Shown here: positions 33,813 through 41,392 of the stretch, in pieces
Layout of the letters: every line of letters starts with the position of its first letter
How positions within the stretch are numbered: the first letter of the stretch is position 1
Source of the DNA: a virus
UHGV virus genome: UHGV-0330108
Direction: 5' to 3' (one strand)
DNA length: 42,810 bases
Notes under the pieces: generated by a model
Database searches by the model: none
Told to the model about the DNA's origin: nothing
The model's input: only the letters and a program-made list of their open reading frames with translations
Translations under genes and position numbers: made by a program

Positions 33813-36083
33813 CTATTCCAAATCCTCCTCCGTCACCACCAGCATTTCATTCGGTTCGTATATTGTCTTCGGAATCTTGTTATCGTTTATACCCCACGGC
33901 AACCGGTATTGCTTAGGGATCGGCCTGTTGTTGTTATCCAGCCCAGAGACTATAACCCCAGCCTCGTGCATCTCTTCCAGTTTCTTTCGAAGGTCGTTAT
34001 TAGCGTTAATCGGTACGCCGTAACTATCTTCTTTCGCCGCTTTGACGATAGCAGACATAGAAAATCCTCGCTTGTCGTCGCCCTGCTCCTGCAATTTACC
34101 CAATGCGTAGATAACCGTAGCCTCTTTGGTATCCAGTTTCTCGAACTGACCTACCTTTTCTTTAACAGCCGCTTTACCTTCTTTAGTTAACCCTTCTTCC
34201 CGCTCTTTCTCCTCGTCAGTCTTAAACGGCTCAAAGCCCCACGGCATCAACACAAGCGCCTTATGCGGCTCAGGCAGGTCGAGGTTTACGATTATGCCGT
34301 ATTCCTCTGTACTACCCAGGAACTCAACCGCGCGGTATTCTTTCGGCGGCGGGGCTTCACGGAACTGTACCGACTCCAGCACCATGCCAACCGTCTTCTG
34401 CTGCGGCCCGTGCTTAAATTTTGAGTGGTATACGTTTATCTGTCGGTCGGTAGCGCGTTCGATTGTCAGTTCCACATCGACACCCGCATACAGAGCGCCG
34501 CTGCCACGGGCTTTCTTTCCGCCTTTCGGTGTGTGGTGAACGACGCCCACCGCGGCTTTAGTCGCGTCACGCACTTCTTTCAGGATGGCGATAACTTTAC
34601 CCATGCCGATTGCCGTTGATGAGCTGTTCTCGTCGAACTTATCAATAGTCAGTGCCAGGGTCTGGTTGAGGGTGTCAAACGCGACCATGCCGATTGGCTC
34701 GTCGCCAGCAGTTTCGCGCATTAACTTAATCAGGCTCTTCAGTTTGCCGACTTCACCCATGTCTATGACATGTATATAATCTTTACCTTCCGCGCCGTAT
34801 TTAGCCGCGAGCGCATCAATACGTGTACGTGTGGCTGCACCACCTTCACCGTCGATATAGAAATGGTGGCAACGCTGGGTGTCCGCCCCTGCGAAGCGAT
34901 AGCCTGCGGCGCTGAGGTACATCATCCCCAGCGTATAGAATGATTTGTACGTGCCTGATTCCCCGACGATATCCCAGATACAATCTGACGGCATGTACCC
35001 TTCTACGACGAAATCAGCCTTTACAGGTTCCGGTAGCTCGTCCTCCTCGGAGTCTTCGTCATCTTCCAGGTCGTCCAGGCTACACGAAACAGATTCACGC
35101 GCGCCCCATCCGATTGCCTCAGCAACTTCACTGAACGGCAGACCAGTCGCATCGCACGCATACTTCCACACCTCTTTCGGTGACATGCCCTCGGTTGCCG
35201 TAATGTCGGTGTCGTGGATCATGGTTACGTTAGGCGCTTCGTACCCTTCGCGCGGGAAGCACAGCAGGAAGTCATCCGGGCGCGGCGTAGGGTCGCTGTA
35301 GTTCTCTGCGTGCTCCGGTGTAGCGGGCATCTTAAGGCCGCGCGGCGTCATGACGCCACCATACTCAAACGCCAGTGCTTCGAACGCGTCCGTAAACGCG
35401 GTGCGCAGTTCTTCCGGTATCTGGTAATCCGATGCGCTGCTCACCTCGTAATCCGGTACGCCTTCCAGTAACTCTTCCGGGTCAATCAGGTCGTTGCGAC
35501 GCGACCAGATAACAGTAGCACCGACCGGCGGCAGATACATCGGCTGCGACAGAGTGAACCCGCTGCGGTCCGCACCCATGCCTTTGAAGAAGTGCTCAAG
35601 CAACCCATGACGAACGCGAATGATGTCACCACCTTCAACCGGGCGGGCCAGCGGCATGACGACACGAAAGCGAGGGGACTCGTCGGTATGCGATGCCGTG
35701 GTGTAGATGCACATCGCCCGGCGGCTGCGCTTAACCAGGCGCACAGCTTCCTGATACTCTTCCGGCGTTGCACTGTCGAAGTCCAGATACGCCAGCGACG
35801 ATTTGCTTACAGACGCATCGCAGCGATAGAAGAAACCTTTACGCGCTTCCTTAAAGTCACCGGTTTCCGGGTCTTTTACGGTGCTGTGTGTGGAGTCACA
35901 CGCGCCGGTGATGTAGCCCGGCGCGGTCTTCGGGTTAATCCCGTCACGAACGGCATCAAGCGGCTGGATTAACTCTTTCAGGTCGTCCAGTGTTGCCGTG
36001 TGTGTGGTTCTGACGTTTATATCCTTTTTCTCTGCCCGCGCGTTGCGACGAGACCACGAGTAGGATAAAATCACATCGGACAT
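33813..36083 (-). CDS. primase-helicase-like replication protein (RecA-fold ATPase with N-terminal primase-like region)
   Basis: Walker A-like VGESGTYKS, HFYIDGEGG and VVHHTPKGGKKARGSGALYAGVDVE; 756 aa. Confidence 0.7.
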   Translation of the reverse strand: MSDVILSYSWSRRNARAEKKDINVRTTHTATLDDLKELIQPLDAVRDGINPKTAPGYITGACDSTHSTVKDPETGDFKEARKGFFYRCDASVSKSSLAYLDFDSATPEEYQEAVRLVKRSRRAMCIYTTASHTDESPRFRVVMPLARPVEGGDIIRVRHGLLEHFFKGMGADRSGFTLSQPMYLPPVGATVIWSRRNDLIDPEELLEGVPDYEVSSASDYQIPEELRTAFTDAFEALAFEYGGVMTPRGLKMPATPEHAENYSDPTPRPDDFLLCFPREGYEAPNVTMIHDTDITATEGMSPKEVWKYACDATGLPFSEVAEAIGWGARESVSCSLDDLEDDEDSEEDELPEPVKADFVVEGYMPSDCIWDIVGESGTYKSFYTLGMMYLSAAGYRFAGADTQRCHHFYIDGEGGAATRTRIDALAAKYGAEGKDYIHVIDMGEVGKLKSLIKLMRETAGDEPIGMVAFDTLNQTLALTIDKFDENSSSTAIGMGKVIAILKEVRDATKAAVGVVHHTPKGGKKARGSGALYAGVDVELTIERATDRQINVYHSKFKHGPQQKTVGMVLESVQFREAPPPKEYRAVEFLGSTEEYGIIVNLDLPEPHKALVLMPWGFEPFKTDEEKEREEGLTKEGKAAVKEKVGQFEKLDTKEATVIYALGKLQEQGDDKRGFSMSAIVKAAKEDSYGVPINANNDLRKKLEEMHEAGVIVSGLDNNNRPIPKQYRLPWGINDNKIPKTIYEPNEMLVVTEEDLE

Positions 36084-36141
36084 GTTGTATTTCCTTCAGC
36101 AAGTAATTTAGCCTCGGCGTTCACCGCGTCGGGGCTTTCTT

Positions 36142-36375
36142 TTATTCCAGGTCTTCTAAAGTAGCGGTCATTCCGCGAACTTCAGCAACGGCGCTATATT
36201 TCCCGCCAACGTTTTTCACGACACCGGATTTAACCAGTACACGTAACGACGCTTCAATAATGGCTGAACTATAGTACTTAAAATAACTACGGCGCAAGTC
36301 GATAACGCTGCACGACCCTTTTTTACGTGTTAACGAAACGACCGCCGTAAATACGCGTGACTGGAACTCGGTCAT
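36142..36375 (-). CDS. hypothetical protein (77 aa) with C-terminal LEDLE
   Basis: ORF track; coupled to the upstream HTH gene. Confidence 0.45.
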   Translation of the reverse strand: MTEFQSRVFTAVVSLTRKKGSCSVIDLRRSYFKYYSSAIIEASLRVLVKSGVVKNVGGKYSAVAEVRGMTATLEDLE

Positions 36376-36542
36376 TTCACGTTCTCCTTAATCCACGCTT
36401 CCACTTTCTCCGGGTCGAACGTACCCGGCTGACGGCGACCCATAATACGAATACAGCAATCCGGGAACTTCCCACTCTTTAACCAGTTATTCAGCGTACG
36501 GCGGGTAACCCCGATACGCTCCGCTACCTCATTCTGTGTCAT
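36372..36542 (-). CDS. small HTH DNA-binding protein (56 aa from MTQNEV...)
   Basis: ORF track frame 36372-36575 starts at TTG; ATG at 36542 has GAGGGT upstream; HTH-like EVAERIGVTRRTLNNWLKSGKFP. Confidence 0.55.
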   Translation of the reverse strand: MTQNEVAERIGVTRRTLNNWLKSGKFPDCCIRIMGRRQPGTFDPEKVEAWIKENVK

Positions 36543-36574
36543 TCTCAAACCCTCATTATCAGTTAACGAAACCA

Positions 36575-36603
36575 AGTATACATTGCGAATAATGGGAAAT
36601 CAA
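36575..36603 (-). promoter_or_regulatory. putative promoter of the minus-strand replication operon (TTGATT-N17-TATACT)
   Basis: Read on the reverse complement ~35 nt upstream of the ATG at 36542; coordinates approximate. Confidence 0.35.
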
Positions 36604-36983
36604 ACATAATTGCACCTATTGACATTATGAAAATCTTCGTTTAAGGTGCTTCTATATCTTAGTTACTTTGATTCCTGTTCACCTTGTAAAACCGCTTAAA
36701 ACGCAGCTGCGCGCAGCGCAAGCAAAGTGTTAAGCGCAAGTTTACTGAACATGAGAATTATCATAACTTTCCTCCCTAAGTATCTCCGGTTGCCCTGGGC
36801 AAGCTCTATTCCCATCGGCAGCATATCTCTTAAGTATCTGATTTTCTTAATGTGCCGTAGATTCACAACCGTAAAAATGTAACGATTATTGGGCAGGCTT
36901 AAGGCCTGCCCTTTAGTTACCAAGTAATAAGAATAAAGGCACAACCCTACCTGAAGAATCACAACGGCAACGTAACTATTCTC

Positions 36984-37012
36984 TTGCACATCCCAACATA
37001 ATAGGATACTAT
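36984..37012 (+). promoter_or_regulatory. putative promoter (TTGCAC-N17-TACTAT) with palindrome TAATAGGATACTATTC over the -10
   Basis: Same hexamers, spacing and operator placement as 38498-38526; ~35 nt upstream of the 37046 gene; coordinates approximate. Confidence 0.45.
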
Positions 37013-37045
37013 TCACTTATCGAAACAAGACAGAGGAGTGGGGGT

Positions 37046-37231
37046 ATGTTTAAGAAGGGTCAGTTGGTGAAAACGAAAGATTTCGGTTATTACGGTGTTA
37101 TAGAACAAATTTCAAGTAAGGTTAACGGGATGTGCTACATCCGTACACCTAACCAGCGTTTCGGTAAGTGGTGCTTCGGGGACGAGATAAAACTCATCGG
37201 CAACAATTTTAAATTCAAAGGGGCGAAGTGA
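37046..37231 (+). CDS. hypothetical protein (61 aa)
   Basis: ORF track; GAGGAGTGGGGG RBS. Confidence 0.5.
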   Translation: MFKKGQLVKTKDFGYYGVIEQISSKVNGMCYIRTPNQRFGKWCFGDEIKLIGNNFKFKGAK

Positions 37232-37434
37232 TGGAAGAATTATTTGAAGAACTGAAACACCATAGACTGGAGAAAGTGCACTTCCAGGTAAACAGATACG
37301 AGGTTGTTTTATTAGACGGCCCAACTATTTCTTCCGGGACATGTGAGATCTTGTTAAAAGTTTTACGTGCGCTACGAACGGCATCGAATCATGATGCTCG
37401 TGCCGATGACTCTGAGGGAGGTTGCCGTGAATAA
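37228..37434 (+). CDS. hypothetical protein (68 aa)
   Basis: ORF track; start overlaps the upstream stop. Confidence 0.5.
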   Translation: MMEELFEELKHHRLEKVHFQVNRYEVVLLDGPTISSGTCEILLKVLRALRTASNHDARADDSEGGCRE

Positions 37435-37455
37435 TATTTTAATTGTGGGGGTGAT

Positions 37456-37650
37456 ATGAGTCAGTATAACCAATTTCGCTTACGCCGTCTGGTTGACGGT
37501 CTGCGCGCCGCCGAGTTTGTAGTTAAATGCTGGGAAAAGGCCGAGTGCACCTATATGGGGTCGTGGCATTTGGCTCATGCTAAGGCGGTAGCGCAATATC
37601 GCGAGTACAAGTTGAACAGTTTCCTTAAGCACCATGGGGTAGAGTTATGA
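37456..37650 (+). CDS. hypothetical protein (64 aa)
   Basis: ORF track; GTGGGGGTGA upstream of the ATG. Confidence 0.5.
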   Translation: MSQYNQFRLRRLVDGLRAAEFVVKCWEKAECTYMGSWHLAHAKAVAQYREYKLNSFLKHHGVEL

Positions 37651-37838
37651 GAATTCGTATAACTGATGTTGATTATGTTCCGCCGCCGGATTATGGCGAC
37701 CCTTCGTTACGTGACTTCGGTATCTCAGTCGGAGATGAGTTCGAGGTCACATTCAGTAATGTTTATGGTCACCTAGTTGAACACCGTGGCGAGGAACTGT
37801 TAATACGCGACCGTGAATGTGAAGTTCTGGAGGACTAA
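37647..37838 (+). CDS. hypothetical protein (63 aa)
   Basis: ORF track; ATGA overlap with the upstream gene. Confidence 0.5.
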   Translation: MRIRITDVDYVPPPDYGDPSLRDFGISVGDEFEVTFSNVYGHLVEHRGEELLIRDRECEVLED

Positions 37839-37841
37839 GTT

Positions 37842-37985
37842 ATGCGAGAAGCATTCGAACGGTGGGCCGTCGTCGAGGGTCTGCCGGTTAACAAGGGTTC
37901 TAAGAAAGAGTACCTGAACGTTAAGACGCGTCTCGCGTGGCGGGCATGGAAAGCTGGTGTGTTGTTTATCACGAATCAGAGGTGA
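37842..37985 (+). CDS. hypothetical small protein (47 aa)
   Basis: Not in the ORF track; ATG at 37842 with GGAGGA upstream; fills the gap between flanking genes. Confidence 0.4.
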   Translation: MREAFERWAVVEGLPVNKGSKKEYLNVKTRLAWRAWKAGVLFITNQR

Positions 37986-37988
37986 TTT

Positions 37989-38192
37989 ATGGGTGAGTGG
38001 GTTAAGTGTAGTGAGCGGATGCCGGAGCCGGGTCAACCAGTTTTGGTCGTCAGTAGTATGGGCGGGGTGGTCAAGAAACATGTGTACGATTGGGATGGGA
38101 TGACTTGGTGCGATTTCTACGGGGAACACGCGGAATGCGGGCGGGAAGTGTTTTCTCACTGGATGCCATTACCGGAGCCGCCAGAAGCGTGA
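37989..38192 (+). CDS. DUF551-like protein, paralog 1
   Basis: Shares WVKCSERMPE...SHWMPLPEPPEA framework with 38676-38873; pattern resembles DUF551. Confidence 0.55.
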   Translation: MGEWVKCSERMPEPGQPVLVVSSMGGVVKKHVYDWDGMTWCDFYGEHAECGREVFSHWMPLPEPPEA

Positions 38193-38226
38193 TGTTCAAT
38201 AGTTTAAGATTTTACTGAGTGACTTA

Positions 38227-38256
38227 CGCTGCTACACAGCAGCGTATCATTTTTCT
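38227..38256 (+). terminator. putative rho-independent terminator
   Basis: CGCTGC-TACACA-GCAGCG followed by a T-rich tract. Confidence 0.4.
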
Positions 38257-38316
38257 CATTTTTGTTCTATTTCACCAAACGCAACAATCGAAGCGACTAT
38301 TGCAGGAGATGCAACA

Positions 38317-38490
38317 ATGATTACTAAAGAACAGGCTGAGCGACTAATCACGTTAATCGACACGATGATTGATGTAAAAATCGATTTAGCAACGGCAACA
38401 GAGGAATCCGCTACCTGGTCGCTTGAAGAAAGAGAAGCAGAAGCGGAACGGGAGTTACTGGCATTCATCGACTCCATAACACACCAATAA
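38317..38490 (+). CDS. hypothetical small acidic protein (57 aa)
   Basis: Not in the ORF track; ATG at 38317 with AGGAG 8 nt upstream; the track's minus ORF 38256-38477 is its antisense shadow. Confidence 0.4.
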   Translation: MITKEQAERLITLIDTMIDVKIDLATATEESATWSLEEREAEAERELLAFIDSITHQ

Positions 38491-38497
38491 AATTTAC

Positions 38498-38526
38498 TTG
38501 CACACTGATATAGAATAGGCTACTAT
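38498..38526 (+). promoter_or_regulatory. putative promoter (TTGCAC-N17-TACTAT) with palindrome GAATAGGCTACTATTC over the -10
   Basis: Same architecture as 36984-37012; ~30 nt upstream of GGGAGGAGAG and the ATG at 38558. Confidence 0.5.
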
Positions 38527-38557
38527 TCATTTACACAAATGGGAGGAGAGACAGAAG

Positions 38558-38692
38558 ATGACTAACTACGGTAGTCAGACTTTAGGCGAACTTGACGATG
38601 CATACGAAACGTCTAGGTGCACGTCTGTATGCGACGGTGATACACGCGAAATAGTAATGGGGGTAGAGGGTGAATATGAGCAAGTGGATTAA
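38558..38692 (+). CDS. hypothetical small protein (44 aa)
   Basis: Not in the ORF track; strong RBS GGGAGGAGAG; 3' end overlaps the next gene. Confidence 0.35.
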   Translation: MTNYGSQTLGELDDAYETSRCTSVCDGDTREIVMGVEGEYEQVD

Positions 38693-38873
38693 GTGTAGTG
38701 AGAAGATGCCGGAAGGTTTTACGGATGTACTTGTTACCGACGGCTCCTATGTGGAAATTATGACGCTACTTGGTGACGGTATCTGGCTTGTGTTGCTGGA
38801 GGAGTGGTCTACCTGCGTTTCTGTTGACAACATAACTCACTGGATGCCATTACCAGAGCCACCGGAAGAGTGA
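38676..38873 (+). CDS. DUF551-like protein, paralog 2
   Basis: ORF track frame 38670-38873; ATG at 38676 with GAGGGTG upstream; same framework as paralog 1. Confidence 0.55.
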   Translation: MSKWIKCSEKMPEGFTDVLVTDGSYVEIMTLLGDGIWLVLLEEWSTCVSVDNITHWMPLPEPPEE

Positions 38874-38960
38874 TGTTATGGTGCGGGTAATTATTGCGGG
38901 TGAGAAGATATACCGCACGCAAACGGTAAGTTCGAGTTAATAGATGTAGGAGAGCAGATT

Positions 38961-39458
38961 ATGAGTAACAAAAACGAAGTATTCGAGTACCTGATTGACC
39001 AACTACGGCAGCAGGTAAACAGCAACCAGTGCGAAGACCTGACGCATGAGGTGCAGTCACTTAAGAATCAGTTACGTGACGCTTCGGCGCTGGTGGCTGA
39101 GTTGCAAGAAACAATAAAACTAATGAACGAGGACTTCAACCGCGTAACCAGACGCGGCGGCTCACTGCCTAAAGGGCAGAGCTACGTAGTAGGTGAACAC
39201 GGATCCGAGCAATCAGGTTGCCGTAAGGAAGATACTCAGGAATGTGAGCACTCTTGGATTATTATGCCCGGGTTGTTTCTCAGTGAAGGCAATCCGAACA
39301 ACGTTCCTGGTAGCGAGCTTTGTTCTAAATGTGGTAAACGTGAGTGGGATGACGAGGAATATAAACCGAAAAACGATACACAGGAATGCGAGCACGATTG
39401 GGTTCTTGATGCCGACGAGGATTATTTTGTGTGCCGCGCATGTGGAGAGACAACATGA
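38961..39458 (+). CDS. cysteine-rich protein with internal repeat (putative zinc-binding)
   Basis: Internal repeat DTQECEHSW / DTQECEHDW plus CSKCGK and CRACGE pairs. Confidence 0.5.
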   Translation: MSNKNEVFEYLIDQLRQQVNSNQCEDLTHEVQSLKNQLRDASALVAELQETIKLMNEDFNRVTRRGGSLPKGQSYVVGEHGSEQSGCRKEDTQECEHSWIIMPGLFLSEGNPNNVPGSELCSKCGKREWDDEEYKPKNDTQECEHDWVLDADEDYFVCRACGETT

Positions 39459-39658
39459 CCAGCATCCTTTTTATCTGGGTATTGTCAGCGGGCCAGATGC
39501 AACTGGCGGCAACAGAAACGTTTTACTCGATGGAGGCGTGCCAGTCAGCGGCACGCGCCGCAGAGAACGCGCACTTCCTGTTTCAGGGCGACAAGCCAAG
39601 CGATTCAGAGGTACGCGCTATCTGCTCACCTAAGCGACTCGGTAAACAGGAGAAGTGA
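39455..39658 (+). CDS. small protein with signal-peptide-like N-terminus (67 aa)
   Basis: ORF track frame 39431-39658; ATG at 39455 overlaps the upstream stop; hydrophobic N-terminus MTSILFIWVLSAGQMQLAA. Confidence 0.5.
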   Translation: MTSILFIWVLSAGQMQLAATETFYSMEACQSAARAAENAHFLFQGDKPSDSEVRAICSPKRLGKQEK

Positions 39659-39663
39659 TTATG
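39620..39663 (+). repeat. 44-bp gene-junction repeat, copy 1 (ATCTGCTCACCTAAGCGACTCGGTAAACAGGAGAAGTGATTATG)
   Basis: 41/44 identical to 40039-40082; spans C-terminal codons, stop, RBS and start. Confidence 0.7.
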
Positions 39664-39963
39664 AGCACCGAAGCGATGAAGAAAAAGGTTTTGAACGCTT
39701 TGCAAGAAGCTGTGAACTATGGTGCTATCAAAACGTTCACAGAAAGGCACGTCGGTGAAGTGACAATTCACGGATTTAATAATAACAAAAACGGAATTGC
39801 AGCAATCATGCTTTTAAAGAATAGTGGTGATACATTTATCATTTACGTTGGCGGATATGAGCTTATCGTTGATGATGTGTTCATCACCTGCGCCGATGGA
39901 CTTAATCCCATGTTAGCGTTTGAGCGTCGCGGAATACGTGTTGCAACATTTGGAGGGAAGTGA
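39661..39963 (+). CDS. hypothetical protein (100 aa), AT-rich
   Basis: ORF track frame 39655-39963; ATG at 39661 preceded by AGGAG inside the junction repeat. Confidence 0.5.
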   Translation: MSTEAMKKKVLNALQEAVNYGAIKTFTERHVGEVTIHGFNNNKNGIAAIMLLKNSGDTFIIYVGGYELIVDDVFITCADGLNPMLAFERRGIRVATFGGK

Positions 39964-40038
39964 ATATTATGACATCCAACCTTAAGGCCCGTTTGTTACC
40001 CATAAAGCCTCACGTGCTGTATAAGATGGACCAGCTCT

Positions 40039-40082
40039 ATCTGCTCACCCAAGCGACTTGGTAAACAGGAGAAATGATTATG
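40039..40082 (+). repeat. 44-bp gene-junction repeat, copy 2
   Basis: Three mismatches to copy 1, all at third codon positions of the frame encoding ICSPKRLGKQEK. Confidence 0.7.
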
Positions 40083-40262
40083 GTACAGCGATATACCTAC
40101 GACCAGATATTTGGGTTCACTCCTGATGTTGAGGGCGTGTTAGTGCTTTACGAAGATTACGCGAAACTTGAAGCCGAGTTACAGAAATACAAAGACCAGT
40201 TCCCGGATTATGTCGAGTGCGCGAACTGTGGGTCAGTTACACATGTGGAAGGGGTGGAGTGA
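40080..40262 (+). CDS. hypothetical protein, MVQRY paralog A (60 aa)
   Basis: ORF track frame 40074-40262; shares MVQRY and YEDYA-LE-EL segments with 40262-40453. Confidence 0.5.
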   Translation: MVQRYTYDQIFGFTPDVEGVLVLYEDYAKLEAELQKYKDQFPDYVECANCGSVTHVEGVE

Positions 40263-40453
40263 TGGTACAGAGATACGAAGTGCGAGGAACTGAATTAGGT
40301 GGTGACGCATTCTACGAAGATTGGGTTGAGGTGGTTCGCCAAGAAGATTACGCGGAGCTGGAGCGAAAACTGCGTAACTTCGCCGACCAAGTATTGTACG
40401 CACCTTGCTCGAAAGTTACCGAAGAAATGGCGATGGAGATTCTCGGCCTATGA
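40262..40453 (+). CDS. hypothetical protein, MVQRY paralog B (63 aa)
   Basis: ORF track frame 40217-40453; ATG at 40262 overlaps the upstream stop (TGATG). Confidence 0.5.
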   Translation: MVQRYEVRGTELGGDAFYEDWVEVVRQEDYAELERKLRNFADQVLYAPCSKVTEEMAMEILGL

Positions 40454-40743
40454 GCCTCGCAACTGACATCCTGAAACGAAGCGGTCTTGCGCCGCTGTCA
40501 CCGAGAGCGAACACCCAGATATACAAGCGTCGCCGTAACGCGCTGTACCCAGAGATTCAGGCCAGATGCAAAGCGGTCCGCGCCTGTGGATTCCAGAACG
40601 GGAAGGCCGTGAATCTCGGAGAGTTCAAGACAAAGGAACGCGCCGCTATCGCTAATCGGTTATTTAATTACTGGAAATCGCTGGGCTACGATGATATCCC
40701 GACGAAACCACAGAGACGACAATATATCTGGCGTCATAAATAA
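40450..40743 (+). CDS. hypothetical basic protein (97 aa)
   Basis: ORF track frame 40405-40743; ATG at 40450 overlaps the upstream stop. Confidence 0.5.
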   Translation: MSLATDILKRSGLAPLSPRANTQIYKRRRNALYPEIQARCKAVRACGFQNGKAVNLGEFKTKERAAIANRLFNYWKSLGYDDIPTKPQRRQYIWRHK

Positions 40744-40773
40744 ACCGTTATTAGGATAATTCCTACCCGTGGT

Positions 40774-40813
40774 ATCCTCCAGTTACTGCATACTTAATAC
40801 GCACCTGGAGGAT
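40774..40813 (+). promoter_or_regulatory. inverted repeat ATCCTCCAG-N22-CTGGAGGAT predicted to sequester the holin RBS
   Basis: The downstream arm contains the GGAGG 7 nt upstream of the holin TTG start; the upstream arm contains the complementary CCTCC. Confidence 0.4.
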
Positions 40814-40818
40814 TCATC

Positions 40819-41127
40819 TTGGATAAATTTACTGAAACAGTTACGGGGTGGCTTCTCGCTGCCGCACTAGCCGGAGGGGTAATCGGACTACGACAACATA
40901 AGTCCGTTATTTCTGGCCCTATCGATGGCTTCTGCTTTATCGCAACCGGCTTCACTTGCGCCGTATTTGGCGCACCCCTCGCGGCTCAATGGTTCGGCAT
41001 TACCGGGGAACGCGAGATAGCTGGCCTCGGATTTATCATCGCTGTCCTCTGGATGCCCATCTATTCTCGCCTTTCTGGCATCGTCGCCGGAGAATACATC
41101 GCACGTCGAGGAGGACCGCATGACTGA
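40819..41127 (+). CDS. putative holin (three predicted TM segments)
   Basis: TTG start with GGAGGA 7 nt upstream; three hydrophobic helices; sits upstream of the endolysin. Confidence 0.55.
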   Translation: MDKFTETVTGWLLAAALAGGVIGLRQHKSVISGPIDGFCFIATGFTCAVFGAPLAAQWFGITGEREIAGLGFIIAVLWMPIYSRLSGIVAGEYIARRGGPHD

Positions 41128-41392
41128 GCTATTCTGGTTTGTCGTAATGCTGGCAATGGGCGCTTCGTCCCTGTTCAACGTGTATAATGAACGTGTGGGC
41201 GACGGATTATTTGGCCGTGTGCTCTATATCCTGACCGCTATTGTCTGCGCCGCAGGATGTATCCACCTGTTACAGGGCAGCATGTCACCTACGCTGCCTG
41301 AGACATTAATAACATTAGTTGCGCTGCGTCAGATTCGTCAGGCGTGGTTGTCGTACGGAGGACATAAGCGTGTCTCGAAACATTTCAGATAA
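41120..41392 (+). CDS. second lysis-cassette membrane protein (holin/antiholin-like, two TM segments)
   Basis: ATG overlaps the holin stop; hydrophobic helices LFWFVVMLAMGASSLF and VLYILTAIVCAAGCIHLL. Confidence 0.45.
   Translation: MTELFWFVVMLAMGASSLFNVYNERVGDGLFGRVLYILTAIVCAAGCIHLLQGSMSPTLPETLITLVALRQIRQAWLSYGGHKRVSKHFR

Noticed and set aside
36696-37016. 106-aa minus-strand ORF inside the 470-bp divergent control region
   Set aside because: No RBS; its start would sit inside the plus-strand promoter and operator of the 37046 gene; odd composition. Treated as non-coding.
38256-38477. 73-aa minus-strand ORF with a serine-rich low-complexity translation
   Set aside because: It is the antisense shadow of a better-supported plus-strand gene (38317-38490) that has an AGGAG RBS and fits the surrounding operon.
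41319-41369. Upstream TTG start of the endolysin frame used by the ORF track
   Set aside because: No RBS and it overlaps the preceding membrane-protein gene for 74 nt; the in-frame GTG at 41370 has GGAGGA 7 nt upstream and begins the conserved lysozyme N-terminal motif.
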